This document shows, piece after piece, positions 49,536 to 58,591 of a stretch of DNA of 64,000 nt. The stretch comes from a phage. Under the pieces are notes generated by a model. That model worked only from the letters and a program-made list of their open reading frames with translations, did no database searches and was not told the origin of the DNA. Made by a program: the position numbers and the translations under genes. Position 1 is the stretch's first letter. Every line of letters begins with the position of its first letter. The stretch lies in the sequence record PV946933.1. The stretch is one strand, 5' to 3'.

Positions 49536-50109
49536 AAGATTTCTCCATTATACGTATAAGGTCGTTCATAAATGAATTGATGTCTGATTTTGCTATTATT
49601 TTTATTTGACGAAGTTTTTCATTTTCAAGAACAGCAGCTTCATACGTATCAACAGCAGCAAGTGCTCCTTCATATTGAGGATATTTTCTAGCTTTATCGC
49701 CTTTGTCATACCAAACATATGGATTATCATCGTATGATATTAAATTATAAAATTTTTCACCATTCTCATTCACATGATATACTATTTGGTCTCCACCTAC
49801 ATTTTTGTATTTTTGTATAGATGCTTGATAAGCAGCTTCTTGCGAAGTAATCCATCCATAATACGGATCATAATTATCATTACACATCAATAAAACCCAA
49901 TACAACTGCGGATTTCCATATATAGCATTTGCTAATTCTTCCGGGCGTGGTGAACCTTTAATATAATAAGTACGTAAGCGGTATCCCGCAAGAGCGCGTT
50001 TGAAATAGTCTTTATAGTTTCTAAAAATATCTGTCATAGGAATAGTCGGCGCGTTTTTATTCACCGTTTTGGCCGCATATTCAATCGGATCAAAAAATGT
50101 AAAGAGCAT
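49519..50109 (-). CDS. 53: baseplate wedge gp53
   Basis: 196 aa; position. Confidence 0.8.
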   Translation of the reverse strand: MLFTFFDPIEYAAKTVNKNAPTIPMTDIFRNYKDYFKRALAGYRLRTYYIKGSPRPEELANAIYGNPQLYWVLLMCNDNYDPYYGWITSQEAAYQASIQKYKNVGGDQIVYHVNENGEKFYNLISYDDNPYVWYDKGDKARKYPQYEGALAAVDTYEAAVLENEKLRQIKIIAKSDINSFMNDLIRIMEKSYGNDK

Positions 50110-50122
50110 GGGCCCTCCTGTT

Positions 50123-50145
50123 TATAAATATATTATCTATTTATA
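50123..50145. promoter_or_regulatory. divergent late promoters: TATAAATA on plus strand (gene 4) and on minus strand (gene 53)
   Basis: motifs at 50123-50130 (+) and 50138-50145 (-). Confidence 0.55.
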
Positions 50146-50156
50146 AGGAGAATCCA

Positions 50157-50609
50157 ATGGCATATTCTGGAAAATGGGTTCCTAAAAATATATCAAAATA
50201 TAGAGGTGACCCTAAAAAAATTACGTATAGATCAAATTGGGAAAAATTCTTTTTTGAATGGTTAGATAAAAATCCAGAAATTATTGCATGGGGTAGTGAA
50301 ACAGCAGTAATTCCTTATTTTTGTAATGCAGAAGGGAAAAAACGTAGATACTTCATGGATATTTGGATGAAAGATTCTTCTGGACAAGAATTTTTTATTG
50401 AAATAAAACCTAAAAAAGAAACACAACCGCCGGTTAAACCAGCACATCTAACAACCGCAGCGAAGAAAAGATTTATGAATGAAATTTATACATATTCTGT
50501 TAACACTGATAAATGGAAAGCAGCACAATCTTTAGCTGAAAAGCGTGGAATAAAATTTAGAATTCTAACAGAAGATGGATTACGAGCTCTTGGCTTTAAG
50601 GGGGCATAA
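50157..50609 (+). CDS. 4: head completion protein gp4
   Basis: 150 aa; position. Confidence 0.8.
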   Translation: MAYSGKWVPKNISKYRGDPKKITYRSNWEKFFFEWLDKNPEIIAWGSETAVIPYFCNAEGKKRRYFMDIWMKDSSGQEFFIEIKPKKETQPPVKPAHLTTAAKKRFMNEIYTYSVNTDKWKAAQSLAEKRGIKFRILTEDGLRALGFKGA

Positions 50610-51433
50610 TGGCTATTTTTCAAATAATTAATGAAAGCACTCCCCAAGTTCCAAAGGTTAAGCAATCATTAAACGAAAAGAAATGGATTCAGATAGGTCT
50701 TGAATACAAAAAGGCCAAAGCAAAAGGAATGACAGGAAAGCAATTTGCTGAAGAAAGAGGAATCAAATACTCTACGTTTACTTCGGCAATGTCAAAATAT
50801 GCTTCAGGAATTAAAACAGCTGAAAAGATTCAAAAGCTTGAATCAAAACCAATGAATAAACTCAATAAGCAAGAAAGACAACTGCTTATGATAAATTCAT
50901 TCAGGCAAACATTGCGTGATAAAATTCGCAATGAAGGTGCAGCAATTAATAATAAAACCAGAAAGTGGTTTGCTGAAACTATTAAGCAGGTAAAAGGACA
51001 TAAAGTTGTTCGCCCGCAGCCGGGACGAATATATGCTTTTGCTTACGATGCTAAACACAAGGAAACTCTTCCTTATTGGGATAAATTTCCTTTGATAATT
51101 TACCTCGGTTTAGGTAAACACAATTTAATGTACGGATTGAACTTGCACTATATTCCACCTAAAGCTCGTCAGCAATTTCTAGAAGAGCTTTTAAAGCAAT
51201 ATTCAAATACACCTACTATTACTAATAAAACGAAATTAAAAATTGATTGGAGTCAAGTGAAAGGATTTAGAGGTGCAGACCAAATGATTAAGGCATATAT
51301 ACCTGGTAATATCATGGGTAGCCTTGTTGAAATCGCCCCGAAAGACTGGGCGAACGTTGTGTTAATGCCACTTCAGCAGTTCGTTTCAAAAGGAAAACGT
51401 TTCTCTGCAAACAAAGTCTGGTCAAATATCTAA
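50609..51433 (+). CDS. 2: DNA end protector gp2
   Basis: 274 aa; position. Confidence 0.8.
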   Translation: MAIFQIINESTPQVPKVKQSLNEKKWIQIGLEYKKAKAKGMTGKQFAEERGIKYSTFTSAMSKYASGIKTAEKIQKLESKPMNKLNKQERQLLMINSFRQTLRDKIRNEGAAINNKTRKWFAETIKQVKGHKVVRPQPGRIYAFAYDAKHKETLPYWDKFPLIIYLGLGKHNLMYGLNLHYIPPKARQQFLEELLKQYSNTPTITNKTKLKIDWSQVKGFRGADQMIKAYIPGNIMGSLVEIAPKDWANVVLMPLQQFVSKGKRFSANKVWSNI

Positions 51434-51539
51434 TTCTATTATCTTCCATTCTTTTCTATTGTTTGTTCTAATTGGAATTGAATGGAAGGGACTTAGACCC
51501 ATTATACCACCAACATTTATAAAGCATTATGAGGAATAT

Positions 51540-52070
51540 ATGTCACAAGCTCTGCAACAAATTTTTAACCAAGCAAATACAACTAACTTTGTAGTATCAA
51601 TACCACATAGTAATACTACATCTGCTTTTACTTTAAATGCTCAGTCAGTTCCTATTCCGGGAATTAGGATACCTGTTACTGATACCGTGACTGGGCCGTT
51701 TGGACTAGGCCGAGCACAGCGTCCAGGAGTTACATTTGAGTACGACCCACTCATTGTGAGATTTATAGTTGATGAAGAGCTTAAGTCGTGGATAGGAATG
51801 TATGAATGGATGCTAGGAACTAGTAACTATCTTACAGGCGAAAATACTGCCCAAAAAACAGGTCCTGAATACATTACGCTTTACATTTTAGATAATAGTA
51901 AAACTGAAATCGTGATGTCAATAAATTTTTATAAGCCCTGGGTTTCTGACCTGTCTGAAGTAGAATTTAGCTACACAGAAGATTCAGACCCAGCCTTAGT
52001 ATGCACAGCAACGATTCCTTATACGTATTTTCAAGTAGAAAAAGATGGAAAAATTATAGCAGAAGTTTAA
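51540..52070 (+). CDS. 3: tail tube terminator gp3
   Basis: 176 aa from MSQALQQIF (ORF track extends upstream). Confidence 0.75.
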   Translation: MSQALQQIFNQANTTNFVVSIPHSNTTSAFTLNAQSVPIPGIRIPVTDTVTGPFGLGRAQRPGVTFEYDPLIVRFIVDEELKSWIGMYEWMLGTSNYLTGENTAQKTGPEYITLYILDNSKTEIVMSINFYKPWVSDLSEVEFSYTEDSDPALVCTATIPYTYFQVEKDGKIIAEV

Positions 52071-52119
52071 TGCTTCAGTTTCATGTGTTATAATCTTAAC
52101 TAAATTTGAGGAGAAACAT

Positions 52120-52832
52120 ATGAAACTAATCTTTTTAAGTGGTGTAAAGCGTAGTGGAAAAGATACTACTGCAGATTTTATTATGAATAATTATTCTGCA
52201 GTTAAATATCAACTTGCTGGTCCTATTAAGGATGCATTGGCTTATGCATGGGGTGTATTTGCAGCAAACACTGACTATCCTTGTTTAACTCGTAAAGAGT
52301 TTGAAGGAATTGACTATGATCGTGAAACTAATTTAAATCTGACTAAATTAGAAGTAATTACGATTATGGAACAAGCATTTTGCTATCTTAATAGTAAAAG
52401 CCCAATTAAAGGTGTGTTTGTTTTTGATGACGCAGTTAATTTCGTAGCATTTAACAAGATTGCTGACGTTATAAATAATATTGAAGATCAATGGTCAGTC
52501 CGTCGTCTGATGCAAGCCCTAGGTACGGATTTGATTGTTAATAACTTCGACCGCATGTATTGGGTAAAATTATTTGCTTTAGATTATCTTGATAAATTTA
52601 ACTCAGGTTATGATTATTATATCGTTCCTGATACTCGTCAAGATCATGAAATGGATGCGGCTAGGGCGATGGGTGCTACAGTAATTCATGTAGTTCGTCC
52701 TGGTCAAAAATCCAATGATACTCATATTACAGAAGCTGGATTGCCAATTCGTGATGGCGATTTAGTAATTACAAACGATGGTTCTCTTGAAGAACTTTTT
52801 TCTAAAATTAAAAATACACTAAAGGTACTATA

Positions 52833-52833
<1 letters not shown>
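52120..52833 (+). CDS. 1: dNMP kinase gp1
   Basis: P-loop GVKRSGKDT; 237 aa. Confidence 0.9.
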
Positions 52834-53530
<697 letters not shown>

Positions 53531-53542
53531 TTTCACAAAGTT

Positions 53543-53582
53543 GTTTACACGTTGATGAGGTAGTGATACTATTACCTCATCA
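53543..53582 (+). promoter_or_regulatory. early promoter with stem-loop (PeSL-like) copy 1
   Basis: GTTTAC, then tgatgaggta-GTGATACTAT-tacctcatca perfect inverted repeat. Confidence 0.6.
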
Positions 53583-53602
53583 AAATTAATTAGGAAAATA
53601 AA

Positions 53603-53875
53603 ATGAAAACTTTCAAAGAGTTTATCGTTGAATCTGCTCTTAATGAAGAAGTAAAAATTAGCAAATCTGTTAAGACTATGATTGATAATATAAATCATCT
53701 TTATAACATTGATTTGACGAATCATGTAACGTTAGGAAATAAACGAAACTTTTTTGTATTTGATATTTCAGAACTTGATCAGAATCAAATTAATAATATT
53801 GAACGCTTTGCTAATGAAAAAGGTCTGCGTCACGAGACGGCTGGTTATAAAAAATATGCAATTTATTTAAAATAA
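53603..53875 (+). CDS. internal-protein-like head protein with capsid-targeting leader (ipI position, 90 aa)
   Basis: N-terminus MKTFKEFIVE; position next to 57B. Confidence 0.6.
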   Translation: MKTFKEFIVESALNEEVKISKSVKTMIDNINHLYNIDLTNHVTLGNKRNFFVFDISELDQNQINNIERFANEKGLRHETAGYKKYAIYLK

Positions 53876-53878
53876 ATT

Positions 53879-53920
53879 GTTTACACGGTGGTTTAGTTGT
53901 GATACTATTACCCTATCAAA
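53879..53920 (+). promoter_or_regulatory. early promoter with stem-loop (PeSL-like) copy 2
   Basis: GTTTAC...GTGATACTATTACCCTATCAA. Confidence 0.55.
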
Positions 53921-53942
53921 ACAAAACTAAATGGAAATCAAA

Positions 53943-54251
53943 ATGAAAACATATCAAGAATTTATCAATGAAGCGGCTGCACCAAAGACATTCGTTATTA
54001 ATACTCAGGCGAGTCTTGATGATGAGTACGCGGAGGCAATTCTGAGGTCACTTGCTAAGAACGGCGTTGAAGTAATCGCCTCGGACTTTAAGAAAGGGGC
54101 TTCCGAGATGTTTATTTCTATAACTAAAGGATCTAAAGCTAAAATCAAATCATCATTCGGTGTTGCTCGTACCGATCAAATCGACAATCATGACTTTAAA
54201 CAAACTGGTGTTAAACGGCAGAACACAATTGCATCACGCGGAATAAAATAG
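53943..54251 (+). CDS. IPII-paralogous internal protein with capsid-targeting leader
   Basis: MKTYQEFINE leader; body aligns with the ipII product (PKTFVINTQASLDDEYAEAI vs PKVFQICSQGNLDKEYVDAI). Confidence 0.65.
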   Translation: MKTYQEFINEAAAPKTFVINTQASLDDEYAEAILRSLAKNGVEVIASDFKKGASEMFISITKGSKAKIKSSFGVARTDQIDNHDFKQTGVKRQNTIASRGIK

Positions 54252-54263
54252 TTTATAAAAACA

Positions 54264-54305
54264 GTTTACTTTTAGATGGGGTAGTGATACTATTACCCTA
54301 TCAAC
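54264..54305 (+). promoter_or_regulatory. early promoter with stem-loop (PeSL-like) copy 3
   Basis: GTTTAC...gatggggta-GTGATACTAT-taccctatc. Confidence 0.55.
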
Positions 54306-54321
54306 TACTGAGGAGAATAAA

Positions 54322-54507
54322 ATGAAACGTTGTGAATTAATTCGAAATGTTGCTATTGCAATTTCTGCTTCCGCTTTTAGTTTTTCAATGTTTGTTGGAT
54401 TTATATGCGGATTATTAACTACAGCAGAAAATGTTTTTTCACTTGTAGTAGCATTTTTAATTGGTTTAATCGCTATTGTTATGGATAAAATTTCTAAAGG
54501 TGAATAG
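54322..54507 (+). CDS. small hydrophobic (membrane) protein, 61 aa
   Basis: two predicted hydrophobic segments; GAGGAG RBS. Confidence 0.5.
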   Translation: MKRCELIRNVAIAISASAFSFSMFVGFICGLLTTAENVFSLVVAFLIGLIAIVMDKISKGE

Positions 54508-54508
54508 A

Positions 54509-54886
54509 ATGTATAAAGTGTACGCGGATTATCAGGCTAATCCATCTAAAAAGCCAAGCTGTCAAATAGGATGGGCTCATGATACTTTGCTTGAAGCAGT
54601 AGATGCTGCTCAAAAATTGGGATATAAATATGTAGAGATTGTTCAACTACCATCAGGAAAAGTTATTACTCTTGAAGAGTTCAATAATATTAAACCAAAC
54701 TTTTTACTTTTTGCAGGTGATAATTATTATCCTCGTGGTGGATATGATGATTTGATTGCGTATGCTGAAACAGAAGATGAATTACGCCAAATTATTGAAG
54801 ACAATAAATCAAAACGATTTGGCGATAGTTTTGACTGGTGGCAAATCGTAAATGCCCATACACATACTATTGTTGATAAAGGTTAA
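54509..54886 (+). CDS. hypothetical protein (125 aa)
   Basis: ATG at 54509 with AAAGGTGAA RBS. Confidence 0.5.
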   Translation: MYKVYADYQANPSKKPSCQIGWAHDTLLEAVDAAQKLGYKYVEIVQLPSGKVITLEEFNNIKPNFLLFAGDNYYPRGGYDDLIAYAETEDELRQIIEDNKSKRFGDSFDWWQIVNAHTHTIVDKG

Positions 54887-54888
54887 TA

Positions 54889-55176
54889 ATGATTCTTTAT
54901 GCGAAAGTATCATCCATTGAAAATGGATATAAATATGATCAAGAAGCAGCTAAAGCCTTGATTGATGATTATGGCATTTTAACATGTTTTGAAGTTGAAA
55001 AGGTTTACATTGACCGTTCATCTTCTCAAGTTAAATTAGTGAAGGAAGACCGTAAATTTAATACAGTAAATTTTGATTTCTTTATTGAAACAGAAAAAGG
55101 TCCTCTTGAATATGATATTTTCAAGAATCCTTTGGGTCTTGAATGCATCGTAAATATGTATTATCATAAATGGTAA
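54889..55176 (+). CDS. hypothetical protein (95 aa)
   Basis: coupled to the preceding ORF. Confidence 0.5.
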   Translation: MILYAKVSSIENGYKYDQEAAKALIDDYGILTCFEVEKVYIDRSSSQVKLVKEDRKFNTVNFDFFIETEKGPLEYDIFKNPLGLECIVNMYYHKW

Positions 55177-55273
55177 ATATGCTTTAAGAATTATTTGTTA
55201 TTATTAACTCATATCGCACTGATTAATACCCTCTATCATCAAGGGTTCTTGTTTGAGAGCCTTTGTTAATAAT

Positions 55274-55346
55274 TGGGAATTAGCCAAGTTGGTAAGGCAT
55301 AGCATTTTGACTGCTAGATGCAAAGGTTCGAGTCCTTTATTCCCAG
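55274..55346 (+). tRNA. tRNA-Gln (anticodon UUG)
   Basis: cloverleaf read by eye: acceptor tgggaat/attccca, anticodon loop ttTTGac. Confidence 0.85.
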
Positions 55347-55347
55347 C

Positions 55348-55434
55348 GCGAGAATGGTCAAATTGGTAAAGGCACAGCACTTAAAATGCTGCGGAATGAT
55401 TTCCTTGTGGGTTCGAGTCCCACTTCTCGCACCA
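55348..55434 (+). tRNA. tRNA-Leu (UAA), type II, CCA encoded
   Basis: acceptor gcgagaa/ttctcgc; loop cTTAAaa; long variable arm. Confidence 0.85.
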
Positions 55435-55439
55435 AATTT

Positions 55440-55513
<74 letters not shown>

Positions 55514-55523
55514 ATTTAATTTA

Positions 55524-55597
55524 CTCCGTGTAGCTCAGTTTGGTAGAGCGCCTGATTTGGGATCAGGAGGTCCAAGGTTCAAATCCTTGTATGGAGA
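55524..55597 (+). tRNA. tRNA-Pro (UGG)
   Basis: tagctcagtttggtagagc D-arm; loop tTTGGGa. Confidence 0.85.
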
Positions 55598-55599
55598 CT

Positions 55600-55689
55600 G
55601 GAGGCGTGGCAGAGTGGTTTAATGCACCGGTCTTGAAAACCGGCAGTCGCTCCGGCGACTCATAGGTTCAAATCCTATCGCCTCCGCCA
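55600..55689 (+). tRNA. tRNA-Ser (UGA), type II
   Basis: acceptor ggaggcg/cgcctcc; loop cTTGAaa; long variable arm. Confidence 0.85.
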
Positions 55690-55694
55690 GTTTT

Positions 55695-55770
55695 GCTGAT
55701 TTAGCTCAGTAGGTAGAGCAACTCACTTGTAATGAGAAGGTCGGCGGTTCGATTCCGTCAATCAGCACCA
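55695..55770 (+). tRNA. tRNA-Thr (UGU)
   Basis: acceptor gctgatt/aatcagc; loop cTTGTAa. Confidence 0.85.
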
Positions 55771-55771
55771 A

Positions 55772-55846
55772 GGCCCTGTAGCTGGAAGGTTCAAGCAAGC
55801 GACTCATAATCGCCAGATGGTGGTTCAATTCCACCCAGGGCCACCA
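55772..55846 (+). tRNA. tRNA-Ile (CAU, lysidine type) or Met
   Basis: acceptor ggccctg/cagggcc; loop cTCATAa. Confidence 0.75.
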
Positions 55847-55859
55847 AATTAAGAATTAA

Positions 55860-55946
55860 GGGGAGTTATCCCGTAGAGGTAGCGGTGTGGACTGTAAATC
55901 CATTGTCATTGCGACTCGGGTGGTTCGACTCCATCACTCCCCACCA
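55860..55946 (+). tRNA. tRNA-Tyr (GUA), type II
   Basis: acceptor ggggagt/actcccc; loop cTGTAaa; long variable arm. Confidence 0.8.
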
Positions 55947-55950
55947 ATTT

Positions 55951-56025
55951 GGATGTGTAGCTCAATGGCAGAGCGATCGCCTGTTAAGCGATTGGTTATA
56001 GGTTCGAATCCTATCACGTCCGCCA
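55951..56025 (+). tRNA. tRNA-Asn (GUU)
   Basis: acceptor ggatgtg/cacgtcc; loop cTGTTAa. Confidence 0.8.
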
Positions 56026-56029
56026 AATC

Positions 56030-56105
56030 CGAGGCATAGCTCAGAAGGAAGAGCAAGGACCTTCTAAGTCCTGGGTCGTAGGTTCGATCCCTACTGCCTC
56101 GACCA
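56030..56105 (+). tRNA. tRNA-Arg (UCU)
   Basis: acceptor cgaggca/tgcctcg; loop cTTCTAa. Confidence 0.85.
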
Positions 56106-56121
56106 ATTAAGTGAGGAAAAT

Positions 56122-56472
56122 ATGAAAGGTAATGTTTATTTAGTAGTTCATGATTTAACATTCTATTTTAATCACAATGACACTGTTATTTCTGAACGTG
56201 TAATTAATTTACTTTATCAGCATGCAGATTATGTTTATGTCGAAAACGAATACGGTCATTGGCAATTTCTCAAAAATCGTTCATTTGGTTTAGATGGTTA
56301 CGAATACTTTGAACGTAAAGACCTTTTAGATAAAATTCCATTATCTACACAATATCAAAATCACAAGTCTTTATATAAATGCCGTCCAATTCGAAATGCT
56401 GAATCTGCGTATGAAGTAATTGATTTATGGCGTAAACGTCGTGGACAGGTTGATGCTTTAAAAGAATACTAA
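56122..56472 (+). CDS. hypothetical protein (116 aa) immediately after the tRNA cluster
   Basis: GAGGAAAA RBS; no recognisable motif. Confidence 0.5.
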   Translation: MKGNVYLVVHDLTFYFNHNDTVISERVINLLYQHADYVYVENEYGHWQFLKNRSFGLDGYEYFERKDLLDKIPLSTQYQNHKSLYKCRPIRNAESAYEVIDLWRKRRGQVDALKEY

Positions 56473-56559
56473 GAAACCGGGTCGCTATCGGTAAGTCGTC
56501 GGACTGATGTTCCCTGGAGTATAGTTTCTCCCACAGTTTTACTGTGTTCTGATTCTTTA

Positions 56560-56730
56560 CTATCACAGCAGAAACGGCGCATCAAATTATCGATTCGAGG
56601 AAATATCTTTGCCGTAAGCCGAGTAGCGTTTTTGACGGAACGTTCGGATATGGTCGAGATATGGCCTTTTAAAAATATTAAGTAGCGTCAACTGCTTAAT
56701 AACCGGGTTCGAATCCCGGCGTTTCGTACA
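56560..56730 (+). ncRNA. candidate small stable RNA with tRNA-like 3' module
   Basis: T-arm ccggg-TTCGAAT-cccgg followed by a 7-nt strand (cgtttcg) complementary to cggaacg at 56636-56642; no ORF; boundaries approximate. Confidence 0.35.
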
Positions 56731-56779
56731 AACACTTGCCTTAGCAGGTGGAACCCCGACAAGGTTGCCGCAAGGCTTA

Positions 56780-56806
56780 GCCCCGACCGAAAGGTTGGGG
56801 CTTTTT
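56780..56806 (+). terminator. rho-independent terminator gccccgacc-gaaa-ggttggggc plus TTTTT
   Basis: 9-bp stem, GAAA loop, T5 tail. Confidence 0.7.
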
Positions 56807-56808
56807 AG

Positions 56809-56816
56809 TATAAATA
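56809..56816 (+). promoter_or_regulatory. late promoter TATAAATA upstream of a CTS-bearing gene
   Basis: motif 40 nt before the ATG at 56856. Confidence 0.5.
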
Positions 56817-56855
56817 TAGTAGTGTATTAAATCACGAATTAAAACAGGAAATAAG

Positions 56856-57329
56856 ATGAAATCATATGCTCAATTTTTAAATGAAGTGGTGTTAAATGAA
56901 GCATCCGCTTCAGATGTTCGCGCTGTAGCAACTGCTGCTATTAAAGCTGGTAAATATTCTTATAAAGATGCTTCTGACGAATCCCGGTACAAGTTCTACG
57001 ACGATATGAGAGCTGAAGGCTTTGTGGGTAACTATGTTACCACCGCCTGGAAAAGTCTGGTTGCTACTGGTGCGGCTTTCGAAAAACCTTCCGGTAAACC
57101 TGCTCCTAAAGCAGATCCTAAAGCTGCACAAGAAAAAAATATTGTTAAAGGAATTATCGCTAAATATGAAGCTATCCTTAAAGAGCTTTTAGTAATTAAA
57201 ACCGAAGGCCAAAAATTAGCCCGTGCCTATAGTTTCAAAGATAATCCACATGCTCATGACCTAGAGTATGTTGAAGATCTCCAAAAAATCATCAAAGACC
57301 GCATTTGGTCTGCTAAACAAATCAAATAA
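56856..57329 (+). CDS. internal-protein-like head protein with capsid-targeting leader (157 aa)
   Basis: N-terminus MKSYAQFLNEVVLNE. Confidence 0.6.
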   Translation: MKSYAQFLNEVVLNEASASDVRAVATAAIKAGKYSYKDASDESRYKFYDDMRAEGFVGNYVTTAWKSLVATGAAFEKPSGKPAPKADPKAAQEKNIVKGIIAKYEAILKELLVIKTEGQKLARAYSFKDNPHAHDLEYVEDLQKIIKDRIWSAKQIK

Positions 57330-57337
57330 CATTCTTA

Positions 57338-57365
57338 GCCTCGACCGAAAGGTTGGGGCTTTTTA
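57338..57365 (+). terminator. rho-independent terminator gcctcgacc-gaaa-ggttggggc plus TTTT (repeat of the one at 56780)
   Basis: stem-loop plus T-run; one mismatch relative to the upstream copy. Confidence 0.7.
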
Positions 57366-57454
57366 GTTTGAATCGCATAGAGAATGCTGTTACGGATAAT
57401 AACAAAGTAATAAATAATTAATAACTGACCGATAAATTATTTCAAGGATTTTAA

Positions 57455-58018
57455 ATGAAAACCTATGCCGAATTTTTAACCGAAGCAGCAAAATTACCAT
57501 CTGAAGCAGAACTTACTAAAGTATTCTTCCAATTGGACCCAAAAGACCGTGGCGATTTTCTTAAGTGGAAAGCTAAAGCTATTGAAATGTATAACATCGA
57601 TAATAGTTCTTTTACGATGAGTCAAGAAAATAAATTCAATAAAGCATTTTTCAAAATTTCTAAGAAATTAGCATCTGGCGCTCAGGTTCCTAAATCTGCA
57701 TTAGCTACTCCTGAACGTGCACCTGTTAAAATTTCTAAGAATATGTTCGACACTAAAAAATACGTTAATGCTTTGAATAAAGCTCTTGATGCATTGGATG
57801 ATGCAAAGAAGGCAGCCCGTGATCTTCAAGACGTGTACACCGATTTTGATCGTAAAACTAAAGGTTCTATTTCAAATAGCGAACGCAATAGTGTAAGTGT
57901 TTATTCTGATAGCCTTGATGTTCTTGGCGATGCGTATACTGAAATTAAAAATCGTATTAACACCGCATCTAAGCTAAAAGCTGCCGTAGAAGCTATAATA
58001 ACTAAACTAGGTAAATAA
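57455..58018 (+). CDS. internal-protein-like head protein with capsid-targeting leader (187 aa)
   Basis: N-terminus MKTYAEFLTE; Lys/Ala-rich body. Confidence 0.6.
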   Translation: MKTYAEFLTEAAKLPSEAELTKVFFQLDPKDRGDFLKWKAKAIEMYNIDNSSFTMSQENKFNKAFFKISKKLASGAQVPKSALATPERAPVKISKNMFDTKKYVNALNKALDALDDAKKAARDLQDVYTDFDRKTKGSISNSERNSVSVYSDSLDVLGDAYTEIKNRINTASKLKAAVEAIITKLGK

Positions 58019-58026
58019 TTTTAAAT

Positions 58027-58051
58027 CCCTATCTAAATGATAGGGCTTTTT
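58027..58051 (+). terminator. hairpin ccctatc-taaat-gataggg-c plus TTTTT
   Basis: seen directly. Confidence 0.65.
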
Positions 58052-58185
58052 GATATCTAGGCCTTTCTGGACCTCTCTAAGAATCATTTAGTTTCTACCC
58101 TTTATAATATATTATCCTATCCTTTAATTGCCCCTCCCTGTCCTAGAATTCCCTAAAACTTTTTAAAAAATTTTTTCACAAAACT

Positions 58186-58217
58186 GTTTACATCCCCGTT
58201 CTTCCATGGTACTATAC
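58186..58217 (+). promoter_or_regulatory. early-promoter-like GTTTAC ... TGGTACTAT
   Basis: -35 GTTTAC at 58186-58191; extended -10 at 58207-58217. Confidence 0.5.
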
Positions 58218-58259
58218 AACTATCAACTACTGATACAGAAAAACAACTTGGAGAATGAA

Positions 58260-58523
58260 ATGGATAATTACGGCGAACTGTTCAACTTCTTTATGAAATG
58301 CGTTTCAGAAGATTTCGGTCGTACAGTGAATGATATTAAAGTCATCGGTCCTGACCATCCGATGTTTGAAACTTACGCAGTAATGGGTAATGAAGACGGT
58401 CAGTGGTATACTGTAAAAGTTGTGATTAATATGTTCACTGCTGAAGGTTATGTTAAACTGTCTTCTAAAGTTTATCATGATAATGATGAAATCGCAGAAG
58501 AATATTTCAATAATATGAAATAA
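58260..58523 (+). CDS. hypothetical protein (87 aa from ATG at 58260)
   Basis: GGAGAA RBS; the ORF-track start at 58206 falls inside the promoter -10. Confidence 0.5.
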   Translation: MDNYGELFNFFMKCVSEDFGRTVNDIKVIGPDHPMFETYAVMGNEDGQWYTVKVVINMFTAEGYVKLSSKVYHDNDEIAEEYFNNMK

Positions 58524-58591
58524 TTGTGTACAAACACCAAGGACGGTGTTATTATAGACTTATCAAAACAAACACAGAAACGGAGAAATAA

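Noticed and set aside
53543-54305. Possible CRISPR-like repeat array (three copies of a ~40-bp motif)
   Set aside because: Only three copies with irregular 330-390 bp spacing; each copy has promoter -35/-10 features and precedes a coding ORF with an RBS, so promoter/stem-loop cassettes explain it.
55934-56161. ORF 55934-56161 on the minus strand
   Set aside because: Overlaps tRNA-Tyr/Asn/Arg; no RBS; spurious.
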